From the NCBI GenBank assembly GCA_026770705.1, contig JANJGN010000026.1, positions 6,014,001 through 6,078,000 on the forward strand: DNA of 64,000 nt. The letters run 5' to 3'. Position numbers and translations under genes: made by a program. Origin of the DNA: Isurus oxyrinchus (lineage: Eukaryota). Positions within the stretch are counted from its first letter, which is position 1; each line of letters opens with the position of its first letter. Positions 26,130-38,368 of the stretch are shown here, piece after piece. Below the pieces are notes generated by a model, which was given only the letters and a program-made list of their open reading frames with translations, was not told where the DNA came from and did no database searches.

Positions 26130-26970
26130 TATGCTTTAGGGCTTTCCTCTGTGTGTATGAATATCTAGTGTTTTGCATTACTGTGAGAATGCCTGTCGGT
26201 GTCTGTTTATAAGTGTCAATCTATGTGTGCATGTGCCAATGAGTGCTGATATGTGCATTCATATCTCCACATCTGCGTTTGAACGTTTTGTTTATCTGTA
26301 AATGTGTATGCATGAATCTGTCAATCTGCCTGTTTTATGTTGTAACGTCTATGCCTCTGAATCAATGTCTGTGTCAATATGTCCAGTTCTGTTAACATAT
26401 ATATTTACGCGTCCTTTTGTGCTCCATGTATGTTAATGTTTGTGTTTCAATGAGTGTGTTTGATTGTGCTAATGAATGCATGTGTGCGATAATAGATGTT
26501 GGCATCCATGTGTTGATCTATGTGTGTGTCCAAATTGCATTGCGGTGTTTATGTCTGTGTTTGTGTTCTTGTGTGTGCGAGCGTGTTGACGATTGTGTCT
26601 CCGCGTGTGTCTGTGAATGTGTTAACATCTGTAAAGAAAAAAACAAAGTGCTGGAGGGACATAGATGTTGAGTATTTCCAACATTTACTTCTTGTCATTT
26701 CAGATTTCCATCATCCGCAACATTTTGTTTTTGTGTCGTTGTGGGTCTGTTAATGTGCGTGTATGTGTGCCATTTATGTTCGTTAATGTATACGATAGTG
26801 TATGTGATAATGTCCGTATTCCTCTGATCGTCAAAGTGTGCTGTTGAGTCTGTTAATGTTCACGTTTATGTTTGCGCTTACTTGTATGAGCCCGCTAATG
26901 GGTAATATATGTCTGTGCTTGTTTCTATGTATATATGAGTATGTGGGTGCGTTCATATGTACGTCTGTGT
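26130..26970 (+). repeat. Degenerate (TG)n low-complexity tract containing a small PLE-end remnant (~26660-26730)
   Basis: TG/GT-rich text throughout. Confidence 0.8.
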
Positions 26971-27242
26971 CAGTTTCTGAGCATTTTAATTTTTATTCCA
27001 TATTTCACCGAATACGAATAACCAGATCTGGCCCTTCTGATACGAATTATGGAGGCGATTTTTCGTCTTTCGGCAAGTAAACGTGCTTTCTCGAAGATGC
27101 AAAATGACATCAAGCAACAAATCTGCTGCTGTGCCTCGGAATCATGGGGGACACAACTCTGATAAAACCAGAGGAAATGAGGCACTCGTTGAAATTTGGA
27201 CTTTTGGTATTCAACATCTGGGTGGAAACCTTGCTGCTGACA

Positions 27243-27333
27243 GTTGTTAGCCAATCAAATTCTGGCAGCTCTTGCTGTCAGCCAATCAGAGGCTGGCAGT
27301 TTTTACTGTCAGCCAATCAAAGGCTGGCAGCTC
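27243..27333 (+). promoter_or_regulatory. 3 x 31-bp tandem repeat, each with AGCCAATCA (CCAAT/NF-Y consensus)
   Basis: CCAAT at 27251, 27282 and 27313. The repeat is certain; regulatory function is only inferred. Confidence 0.55.
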
Positions 27334-27789
27334 TCCATTACTGGAAACGCCACCAGGTACATATGGATACGGTTAAACGAATTAGGAATGTCAAAATGAA
27401 ATTTTGAAATATCATGTCGCTTAAATACATGCTTTGCAAGAGGATAATCATGAGGGAAGTTTAAAATCTTCGGACAAGAAGCTAGTATTGTTGGCAGCTG
27501 CGTCCTATAACGGAGAAATTTCCCCTTCTAAACTTTCTGCTCAAATTTTGGGATTTCATGTTTGCCCTTTCCCCTCTCTCTGGTCGGCGAATAGGAGGTG
27601 CACTGGTTAACACGTTGCCTTTTGGCCCACGCTTCTCTTCTGAATGGGTGTGATGCTGCAACTTAAAATCGACCTTAATTTTGAAGGGAAGACAACACGA
27701 CAGGCGGAGCTATCGGGATGTAACTGTGCTAACTTTGTTGGAAATACAACATTGTCGGAATCACAAAACATTGTGATGCCGGTACAGCA

Positions 27790-28285
27790 AGTGAATAGGT
27801 AGGCAACTGGATTGTCGGCCATTACTGCAAGGGGAATGGAATATAAAAGTAGGGAAAGCTCACTTCAGCTGTATCCACTGGAGTTTAGAAATGAGAAGTG
27901 ATCTTATTGAAACAAAAGATCCTGAGAGAAGTTGATGGGTTGGAGACTGGAAGGAGTCTCTCCTTGTGTTGAAAGACGAGAGGACGTTGCTTCAAATGAA
28001 ATATCTCCCTCTTAAGACGGTGATGAGGAGATTTTATTCTTTTCCCAGAGGGGCGTTATTCTGTGGAACCACTTTCCCCAGGAAGCTGAGTCATTGAATT
28101 TGTTCAAGGCAGCGTGAGACAACTTTTTGTTACAAAGGAATTAATGGTTCATTGTGGCAGACAGAAAAGGGCAGTTTAGATCACAATCACATTAATCATG
28201 ATCATATCAAATGGTGGAGTAGGCTTGAGAGGCCGAATGGCCTACTCCTGCTCCTGAATCCTATGTACCTCTGTTCCTATGATCT
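27790..28285 (+). mobile_element. CR1 LINE 3' fragment
   Basis: GGAATGGAATATAAAAGTAGGGAA... and terminal GGCCGAATGGCCTACTCCTGCTCCT. Confidence 0.8.
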
Positions 28286-28490
28286 TGGGTTTCGCCAAAG
28301 CAGAAGGAGAGTTTCTGAAGTAACTGTGGGGAATTTTGAGATTAAAGAACTTTAGTCCGTCTCTAACTTCTGCTCAGCTGCGGGCACTACTTGTACAACA
28401 CTGTGTCCGACATCTGTAATGATCTGAAACAACAATTGATTAAGCAGTTGTGTATTTAAATCATGAATGGAGGAAAAGGCCTGCATTACA

Positions 28491-28496
28491 TTTATT
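28491..28496 (-). terminator. Secretory-form poly(A) signal AATAAA
   Basis: AATAAA on the minus strand ~30 nt after the relic tailpiece stop. Confidence 0.7.
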
Positions 28497-28523
28497 GAAG
28501 TTCGAAACATACGCGATAGATTC

Positions 28524-28871
28524 TCATTGAAATGAATTAACTGCTGGATCTATCAACTGTTCTGTTGATGATCTTCAAGGGAATCGCTTGATGTCCCACC
28601 ACACACGAGTAAGAAGCGCCGCTGGCCCACTCCTCCGTTGCAATGGATAACAGGCTGTACATGAAGAAGGAGTTATTGCAGTTCTCTGCCATCACCTCGC
28701 TGTTCTTGTAGTTCCCCGGATTGACCGGCTTGTCATTAACGGTCCACTTGAAGAATATCTCTCCGGGTGAGAAACCTCTCACTTAGCAGCTGAGGGAGAT
28801 GAATCTCTGAGCGGAGATTACTTCAGCTGGGGGCAGGAGGACAGCGGCAGACGGTTTCCATGGATATTTAA
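28524..28871 (-). pseudogene. IGHM: Ig mu heavy chain CH4 + secretory exon, pseudogene
   Basis: Acceptor ATGCAG| at 28872. Translation [46 protein letters not shown]...[31 protein letters not shown] matches shark IgM CH4. Premature TAA at 28783-85. Tailpiece reduced to out-of-frame VNSFQ*. Confidence 0.93.
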
Positions 28872-29357
28872 CTGCATAAAATTTTACAAAACTGTTTAAG
28901 AAACTGGACAATTCCAGGGACAATGCAACCGGTGGTAAGATGTGAGTGAAACGTGATTTGCCATGAATTTTAAAGGTTTCCCTCCCAGGCTCCGTTTGAT
29001 TTTCTAACCAGGAGCAAATGTATACGCTAACCTTCTCTATGAGAACTTAAACTGCTGAACTGTAAAGTTAGAGTTCTGAGCACAGTTAAAGTCCATTCGG
29101 CCCAACTTGTTTGTGCTGGTGTTTCAGCTTTACTCATCTACACCTCATGCCATATCTTTCAATTCCTCTTTCATTGATCCATTTATCCATCTTCGCCTTA
29201 GCCGAATGATCTATGGCTCCAGGGAGTTTATCTGCGGAATGACCAGTTGAGTAATCCGAGTAGTCGATTAATGGATGGTACAGTTCAAAAGTAACCCATA
29301 CACTTCCACAGGAAATAGACACAATGGTTCTCTCATTGCTTCAATCTGAGCAATCAC

Positions 29358-29666
29358 CTGGTTCCTTGTGGGCGGAATGTCTTAAAGAGGTTGGCAGAAC
29401 CTGCTGGCTCAGCACGCAGTAGAACTGAGCCCCACTCAGCCAGGCTTGTGTTGAAATGTTCACGTTGCTCACCACGCTGTTAGGGCTGTCACCCGTTTGG
29501 ACAGAAACCTCTGATTTCAAAGGCTCCTGTTCCTCGTTCCAGGAAACGTCGTCTCCATAAGGGGCATTAGTTACGATTAAGATTAAGGTCGCTGTCGCCT
29601 CCAGTAAGATCAGCTCTCTTCGTGGTTGTAGTAGTGTAATTTCTGGATTGTGGAATGAGGGGGGAA
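29358..29666 (-). pseudogene. IGHM: Ig mu heavy chain CH3 exon, pseudogene
   Basis: 309-nt exon, TTTCACAG| ... CCAG|GTGATT. Open frame [42 protein letters not shown]...[27 protein letters not shown] matches shark IgM CH3. B-strand Cys lost (TLTCVV to TLILIV). Missing from the ORF track in this frame. Confidence 0.92.
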
Positions 29667-29729
29667 CTGTGAAACAGACGTGAGAGTCAAGCAGAACTTC
29701 ACCTTCGGAACGAGAACGCCAGTAGCCAA

Positions 29730-32240
29730 GAAGACTAGAGTGGTGATTTGAGGAGGCAAAAATTGCCCAAGCATGGAATAGGCTAAGGTTAGGGACAAGG
29801 GAAAGGATGGGAAGGAATTTCTGAAATGTGTTCAGGAGATCTTAATTGTTACGTACGACTCGGCCAAACTAAAAAGGGCAAAGTACTGAAGTTGGTGCTG
29901 CGAAATGATGTGGGTCAACTAGACCATGGTTGTGTGGGGTAACATTTGGGTAAGGCTGATCATCAAGTGATATGGTTTAGATTATCCCTGGAGAAAAGCA
30001 AGGAACGATATAAAGTAAGGGATTAAATTGGAAAAGGGATGATTTTAATGTGATGTGAAGTATTCTGGTCAGTTTAAAATGGAACAAAAGACTGACGGGA
30101 AGAATTTGAAATGAATGATGGGGAATTTTAGAAGGAGGGGTTCTTTCGGTACAGGCTAACCAAAAGTTAGAGGGCTAAAACAGAGCTCACTGAATGACAA
30201 GGGGGATAGAGATTATGTTGAAACAAAATGAGTGGGTGCATGCCAGGTGCATGGGTCAAGTGAAATGCAATAGTTTTGGCGTAGGGGACCAGGGCGTTGT
30301 GGGTTGGTGAAGAGGTCGATAACTTTTGCAAAGAGAGAATATGAATTTCGGATGCTAGTCAACATGAAACGGAATTCAAAACTCTTCCACTGGAATGCAA
30401 ATTGTCAGCGGTTACTAAGAGGTGAGTCGGTTCTTTTATGAACACAAATGATAATATATGCTTAGAGGGGCAGTACAAGGCAGGAGTATGTAAAACGTTC
30501 TTTGTCTCGAAGTTTGCTATAAGAACATACATGATGAAACGGTGGTAAAAGGAGGAGCAGGACCGATTGGTGACCTAAAAGGGGATTTACATCCTAAGGC
30601 ACAGGGGAATTTCATGAATATTTTGCATTGGTCTTCACAACAGAAGAAGATACGAATCACGCCATGGTGAAAGTGGAGATAATTTAGACAATAGAATGGT
30701 TGATAACAGATAAGTGGTTTTGTTGGGGGGGGGGGGGGGGTGGTATTGAGATGTTGGGCGGTGTTGATGGGAATAGGATGTCTGTATTGAATTTGGTACA
30801 GCAACAGTAGTGGATGACCTGCATCCAAGGGTATTCGGCGAACTGCAATTTGAAATTGTGGAGGCATTGGCCATTATTTCTTACTCTTCCACAGACTCAG
30901 GGGTGGTTTCACAGGATTGCAGAATTGCAAACTATACATTTACAATCGATACTTGTTCAATGAACGAGTGAAAATATAAATGCCAAAAACAATTTATCCG
31001 TCAATTTAACTTCGGTGCTTGGGAAAATTTAGAATGGTATTTGAGACAAAATAAACAATCATATGTACAAATGCGTGTTAACTAAGAAAAGCCAGCATGG
31101 ATTTCCTAAGGGAAGTTCATATTTAAATCACTTGCTGGAGTATTTTTAGGAAGTAACTTAGATGTATGATGGAGCCAAAGCTTTTTATGTGGTGGTCATA
31201 GGCTTACCAAAGGACAATTAATACAAAGCTGCACAACAGAATTGTGAGCCATGTTATAGCCCATGGACAAAATGCAAAAGTAGCAACATGGATACGAAAT
31301 CGGCTGACCGATGGTGGTAGGAAATAGAGGTTCTTCGTTTTATTTTGAGGGCTGGAGGAAGGTTTTGAGTGTTGTTCTCCAGGTGTCAGTGAGGATGGCT
31401 TAGAATTCCAAAAATACATTACACTTGTAGCAGGGATGGGAAGGCCGGTGACAAATGGAGTTCAATACGGACAAATTCGAAGTTATTCTTTTCGATATGA
31501 CCACCATGGACAGACTATATAAAATAAAAGGCATAAATTAAAGGTTTCCCTGGAGCTGAGGGACCTGGCTGTATAAGTACATGAGTCACTTAATGTTGAT
31601 TGATACTATGAGACAGCGTTTAATAAAAGATACAGTGCCCTAGGCTTTATGAGTAGGGGCACTGATTACACGAGCAAGGAGGTTATGCTGATTTCATACA
31701 AGATAGTAGCTGTGCTTTAGCAGATGTGTTGTGTCCAGTTCTGGGCGTCCGCAATTCAGGAAGCTTGTGAAGGCATTGGAGAGGGTGTAAAAATAATTTC
31801 TGAGAATGGTTACAGGGATGAAAAACTTCAGCTAGTGAGATGGTCGGAGAAGCTACGACTGTTTTCCTTAGAGAAAGCAAGGCTAAGAAGACTATTGAAA
31901 GAACAGTTTAATCATGAAGGATCTGGGTGGAGTAAATATGGCCAACTATTGTTACTCATGAAATAATCAAGAACGACGGGGTACAGGTTTAAAGGAAAAG
32001 ATAAGCAAAAGTAGAAAAGACAGTTTCATGCAGCAGTGCTTAAGATCTGGAAAGCTGTGCCTGAGAGTTTCATGCAGAGAAGTTCAATAGGGGCAATTTA
32101 AGGGAATTAGATTGGTATCTGAAAAGGGAGAAGGATACATGGAGTGGATGGGAGAATGAAGCTGGTAAATTGCTTATTGAAAAGTTGATGCAGACAGGTT
32201 GGGACAAAATGCTTCCTTCTACGCTCTGGCAATTCTGTGA
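29730..32240 (+). mobile_element. Long decayed CR1 LINE immediately upstream of CH3
   Basis: EN-like segment (~29800-30000), SQHGF-like AGCCAGCATGGATTT (~31090), CVQFW remnant (31724-) and a 3' end near 32200. Confidence 0.8.
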
Positions 32241-33460
32241 GTATGTGGAACATAAACGGAAAGTATCAAATGTCATAGAAACTCATATTAATTGTGTTGC
32301 ATGAACACTCCTAGAACACATTAACTAAGGTGCCGATAGGTCCACGAAAAAGAGAAGCAACATAACCACATAGATTGGAATGACAGTCTTATTGATATGT
32401 ATTTTGCCCCAATTTTCGCCGAATAACAAGGAATAACGAATTCAATTTCTAACTTCCTTTTGCAGTTGGTATTGAAAGAAACGCAAAATAGCGCATTCTT
32501 GAGGGAGGAAAAATCCGATTCCAGACGCATTGCATCCGCAGGTGCTCATGAAAATTATGAAATGGACTGAGAACTGCTGGTATGCATGTATGAAAGAGTA
32601 ATATTTCCAAAGTGCAAATGCTATTCTATGGTGAAAACTGTGTTTCCAATTTGGTCGATGTGATGCGTCGAGTGTGTGGGTGAAGGCAGTTAGCATGCTT
32701 TGCGCTTGATCTTTGCATTTTATTTTTAGCCCTGGTCGTTGGCTAGCAGCGATGTGAAAACGAGAGCCAAATATATAAATCTCTCCCCGCCAGCAAACAG
32801 CCTCTACATTGGTAAGTCTTCAGTTGTGCCTCTTCGTGACAATACTCCAGAGCTTGGACCTTGGCGACCCCAGGCTAAAGCTGCAGTGGAATTCGGAGTA
32901 GGGTTGGCCCCTCACCTGCATTCACGAGGAAAACTGCTAAATACAGTGAAATGGCTTCACTGCATTGAGGATACGGGAGAGTTGAAGGCTAAGGGGGTAA
33001 AAGTTGACAAAACCCAATCAAGGAAATCGATTCGGGACCCAAAGTATGACTGGTGTCCAAACATTAGATCTTCCCCACTGTTGCACCCTTGAAAGCAGAA
33101 GCCAATTTGACTGCCGATCCTTAATACAACACAGCTGTAAAAGATCGAATTAAGTAATCCTAAAAACTATAAGCTAGTTTCTGAATGTCATTGTAAAAAG
33201 GCAGCATACAATTTCAAACATGAGCCGATCATCAAAGGGAAATCTGGCGGCTGGAGGGAGAATGGATACAGTTGGCTTCATTGGGCAGCAAATTAAAAAA
33301 CTGTTATAAGATATTGATGCTCCCGTGTTGCTGTTGAATCAAATCAAAAATCAAACCAAATCTAATATCCCCAATTTCTGACAGCTTCTATCCTTATCCA
33401 CTCCAGAAGAGATCGAGTGTCACGCATTTCCCAGCTGCCTCCGCTCCCTGCCCGTTCCCT

Positions 33461-34079
33461 TGAAGTTTCCTGGTCCTTGAACACAGTGCTACTGTCTCCA
33501 GCCTCCACATTTGTCAATCTGCGGCAGTTTCCAGGTCCTTGCACAGAGCGTTATTGACTCCAGCCTCCACATTTGACAATCTGCTGAAGTTTCCAGGTCC
33601 TTGCACACAGTGTTACTGTCTCCAGCCTCCACATTTGACAATCTGCTGAAGTTTCCAGGTCCTTGCGCACAGCGTTATTGACTCCAGCCTCCACATTTGA
33701 CAATCTGCTGAAGTTTCCAGGTCCTTGAACACAGTGCTACTGTCTCCAGCTTCCACATTTGACAATCTGCTGAAGTTTTCCTGTCCTTGCACACAGTGTT
33801 ACTGTCTCCAGCCTCCACATTTGACAATCTGCTGCAGTTTCCATGTCCTTGCACACAGCGTTATGGATGCCAGCCTCCACATTTGACAATCTGCTGCAGT
33901 TTCCAGGTCCTTGCACACAGTGTTACTGTCTCCAGCCTCCACATTTGACAATCTGCTGATGTTTCCAGGTCCTTGCACACAGTGTTACTGTCTCCAGCCA
34001 CCATTTTGGACAATCTGCTGAAGTTTCCAGGTCCTTGCACACAGCATTATCGCCTCTAGCCTCCACATTTGACAATCTA
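33461..34079 (+). repeat. 62-bp minisatellite, ~10 copies
   Basis: Unit AGTTTCCAGGTCCTTGCACACAGTGTTACTGTCTCCAGCCTCCACATTTGACAATCTGCTGA; GTTTCC at 33527, 33589 and 33651. Confidence 0.97.
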
Positions 34080-36487
34080 TTCAAATTACGGCCACCTTCA
34101 GCGTGATGACCTCACAAAGGCATCGACCCCTGACCTTTCAGAATCTCGAAGTGACCGTTCTCTCCGTTGCCCCCTGCTCCATTATTTAAGTAGCCTCCAC
34201 AGCTTCTCCAATTTCCGCATCGCGTTAATGATGTGCAACACCTTCCCATTTACACACATTCTGTTCCAACTGATATTCCCCCATGCTTTCCGTGTATACC
34301 CAGCCATTTGCTTGAACCTTTTTCAGTGTATTGCATTCTATTTGCTGATCGTGACGCTGTATCCACGACACACAGGGAAGCAAAAGCAGATTCTTATATT
34401 TTATTCCTTTTGTATTTGCCATTGGAACTGACTACTGTTATATCCTAACTGATGAGATGAGAGGCGAGTCATGCTAAAATTTTGCATTTGATCAGAAGCA
34501 CACAGGCAACTGCGCACAAACTGTTCTGGGAGGCAGTGGCAGGAACAAATTTGACTGCGGCAGTGCTGCAGGGAAGAGTATAATGGGCGTGTCCTAATGT
34601 CAGCGAAATGATGAAGAAACCTTCCCTGATCAGACCGTGAAAAGATCCTTTGATGGTGACTCAGTAAAAATGCAGACCACCTAATTGATGCTTCCCAATC
34701 TTCCTGACCCATCTGCGTTATGAGAAGGATGTGTCAGAAAAGCTATAAAAGTTCTGGTGGGAACTTTGGCGAAATGCGCATGTGAACCTGCAATTTCATC
34801 CAGCTGCAGTTATAATTCTGCTTCCCATTCCGACTGATGCCCCTCTGCCCTGCACCTTGTCTACTCTTCTGCTAAAAATCAACGTAAGCAAAGAAACAAA
34901 AGTTCAATTTAGTTTTAGGAATTGTCCAGCCATCTGGCTCAAAACTGAATTTAACCATTTCAGATCATACGCCTTCCTTTTTTTTTTCTGGACAACAGCC
35001 GTAGGCAATTATTCCAGCAAGACTGATTCCGATTCCTCTTGACCCATTTATGTTTTTTTAATTGTCCTATTGCTATCCCACCTGCATTTCAAGAATCCGT
35101 TCTGTCATTTAACTCACCTGCCATCTCCCCTCTAGACCCCTAAACAGGCACAAAGAGAAATTGGATCCAGTATAGGAAAATCTGTAAGAAGTGAAAGAAC
35201 ACAACGTGCTGATTGCAAATAGGCTTACATTAAATAGGGTAACATTGGCGTGGAATATGGCCTTTAAAATGAATGCAGAAGATTTTGAAGCGAATTCATA
35301 AGGGAATTGGATTGCTACCTGAAAGGAGAAAATGTGCATGATTACGAGGATAATTCAGGGAGTGGGACAAGGTGGAATGCTCTTTCAGACAGTCAGTGCA
35401 CACTCGCTTGTTCGAAAGGCCTCATTCTGCACTGTAAAGGCACTGAGACACTTTACTAAGATGGTTCAATACGAAAGGTGGGTTTGGAATGGCTGCCATT
35501 GGCCTTAGTTGCACAGAATGAAACTGCAATCGTCGAGGGGTTAGCAGTTGCGCCAGACGTTAGTGGAAATAGTTATGATTCAGTTAGTTTTAGGGTAGCT
35601 TGTTTGTTTTGCACGTGTTGGTCGTACCCACGATTTTCATTGTGTGAACACTGTTGCCTTATTGATATAAGAAAACGATAAGGCAGTGGCCTGATATGAA
35701 ATATAAAGAGGTTGAAGTGAAAATGCACCATGGCAATGCACAACATAATATCTTAGATGTAGGGAAGATGGGTTTAAATAGAGTAGAACCATCTGACAGA
35801 GCTAACACCTAAGTTTAAACTATAATTTATTCCACTGTAAGTGGTAAGAAACAGGAAGCAATGCCTTAGCTGTGGTAAAAGGCACTTGAACTGATAACAT
35901 AATGGTATAATGTAAAACGTACAGCATTATAAGTGTTGATACAGGCGTTTAAAATAGAATATGATATTTCGAAGGGATGAGACAAAGTTTAAAGTGCAAC
36001 ATAACCTATATGAAATGATCAGAAGGGCAGTGATCCTAAAGCCAACCTATGTGGAACACCAATGCTAACTTCCTCCGGTCTGAAACAAAACATAAAACAG
36101 TTAATTCCTGTTCCATGCTTCCTGAATTTTGAAGCACTAAGGGCGCCACACTGCACCTATCCCTTTACTTCTGTACAGTTTAGATTTGCAATCAAAACAT
36201 TTTTATGACGCTTTATCAAAAGTTAATTGAGACGTCATAGGAAGTGAACCAACTACAGGTTCCTCACGAAGCATTTCATTTACTTTTAGCTTAAAAGCAT
36301 TTCATGTCAGCTAGGTAAATTTTGTTGCAACTATGTATAAATATAGTTATATATTTTTAAATCTGCATTAGAAAGTAGTCGTTTTGGTTCGAGTGCATTA
36401 TGTTGTTTTAATTAGCATAAGCATGAAAATGGATTAATTTGTTTGTTCAGCTGACTGTAACTAACTTCTTTGATGTTGCAAGTTAAT

Positions 36488-36518
36488 TGCCCCTCTGGCG
36501 GTGGGCATAGGATATAAA
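36488..36518 (+). promoter_or_regulatory. GPCR core promoter: CTCF-like site plus TATA box
   Basis: TGCCCCTCTGGCGG (36488-36501; reverse CCGCCAGAGGGGCA) and TATAAA (36513-36518), 62 nt before the ATG. Confidence 0.55.
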
Positions 36519-36579
36519 TGAGTGTGCCATGCAGCTTAAATCAGAGGGGCGAGGACACAAGCATATTAACCTATAAAAA

Positions 36580-36649
36580 ATGCATGCTCCAGGAAATGTA
36601 CCAGCATTTGCCATTTATTATTCTGTACTTGCAGCTTTCGGTGTTCCAG
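36580..36649 (+). CDS. Orphan GPR139-like GPCR, coding exon 1
   Basis: AAAATGCAT... encodes MHAPGNVPAFAIYYSVLAAFGVP + G|GTAAAC. Phase-1 donor joins exon 2 to complete TM1 GVPAN. Confidence 0.88.
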
Positions 36650-38368
36650 GTAAACTTCTGCTGAAAATGAATAACTGGAGAAATCAGTCCTTAACTGTGC
36701 TATCTAAGAGTTGCTGATTGCTTACAACAGAATTCACGCTTTTTCTCTCAACTGCCTTATGAACATTGTCTTCCATTGCTGCAATACCAATACTCTTCAC
36801 TGCGTGCCTTCTGCGTCTCGATAATTAGGAATCCAGTTTGGATATAATTTTTCTGTGTATTATAGCAAGTAAATTGTGTTTTGAAACATGCTGTTGCATG
36901 TTCAAGACGTGTTAAAATACATCCACGTCTTCAAACTGCTCTGGAGCTGCATAATTATATTTACTCCTCACAATTCCATGGATATTCCTCTTGATTTGGC
37001 GATTTTTTATGCTACTGTCCTTAAATGTGAATGGTACAGATAGCTATAGATGATAGAAATGCAGCAAGAAATATTTAAAGCCATGGTATTAATACTTTTG
37101 ACAATGTAATGCAGTATGTGTACAGGGGTTTTAAACTAGGTTTGAATTTCAGGACCTGGCTGATATGAGTATTTCCTTTCTGTTATTGCTTCCATCTTGA
37201 AAGAATCTCCTTTTAAAATGTTGAGCATTTGCAGAATTTTTTATTTACACTTCTCATTTTTGTAGTTGCTAATATTGCATGGAGCGACGTTATATTACCA
37301 TTATAATCAATGAGCTTTTCTGAAGACAATGAATAGACCCTGATATCCTCGATTATCATTAACTGCTACAGCAACTCTACCGATAAATGTAAGCTATTTT
37401 CCAGGCTGTATGCGATCTTTCAGAGGCGAAACTCATTCCTCACATACTCAGTCACTTTGTTTCCCTGAAAAGTATGGGCAAATTCTGCAACCTCATCACA
37501 GGGCCGTAAGTTTGAGCTCCGTTCCAGATACCGAGTCTGTAATCAAGCTCCGTACTCCCGGTGCATTGCTGGAGAACTGCAAGACCGTCAGGCCGGCCGT
37601 CCGTCTGAGGAAAAGTTGTCTGAGGATGTCGTTCTCTTTTTCGATTACAGGAAACTGGTATCACTGTTAGAAGATCAGATGTTTCTGTCTGTAACCCATA
37701 ACCAACAATCTACCAGCGTACATATCAGAATTAAATACGGAGAAATCTCTAATCTCCCTCCCCACTGTAGCAGGATCTCGCTGCCGATAACAGCTCCCAT
37801 TAATGTACATTAGCGTACTGCAAAGAAACCGCCGATCCTCCTTGACTTCTTTCCACAGGAGTAGAATCCTCATTCAATCAATATTATTGGTGAAAGGTTT
37901 TCATGTCCTCAACCTTGAACCTTAACGATATTTATTAAAACCTTCTTATTAACCATATATTGCTTCATATCATTCGCTTCATTCTACTTTTATTCCTGTT
38001 CTTCTGCAGGTCTTATTGTGATCATTTACTATGATTTATTATAAATCCACGCGTTGTATTTTATTATAATTACTTCTATGTTAACGTTGTTATTTCGTCC
38101 ATTAACACCTATATGAATTATGTTCCTTCTACTTCTCTAATATATAAAATGTGCATGAATCAAAAAGAAAGAAATGCTACGTTTCCTTTATGCTTCGCAT
38201 TCCAGTTTTATTTGAAACAGTCATCTGCTTTGTTGAATAAAGAGCAATGCATTGATAAAACAATCAGTTTCAGTGTTGATTAGTGCAAATATCATACCAT
38301 CCTGCCGGCAAAGTGATGTTGTAACTGTGTGTCTGATTACGAACTGCGACCTTCTCTATGTCTTACAG

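Noticed and set aside
33461-34079. Minisatellite as CRISPR array, coding repeat or Ig switch region
   Set aside because: No unique spacers, eukaryotic context, 62 is not a multiple of 3, and no AGCT/G-cluster enrichment.
34069-34712. Several 65-120 aa ORFs in unique-looking sequence
   Set aside because: No recognisable domain; ORFs on both strands are consistent with chance.
35118-35181. 64-nt minus-strand segment with strong acceptor and CAG|GTGAGT donor
   Set aside because: No recognisable protein (not Ig CH1/CH2 or leader) and no partner exon keeping frame.
38329-38368. ORF-track N-terminus MSDYELRPSLCLT
   Set aside because: Intronic read-through upstream of the splice acceptor; starts at GTG.
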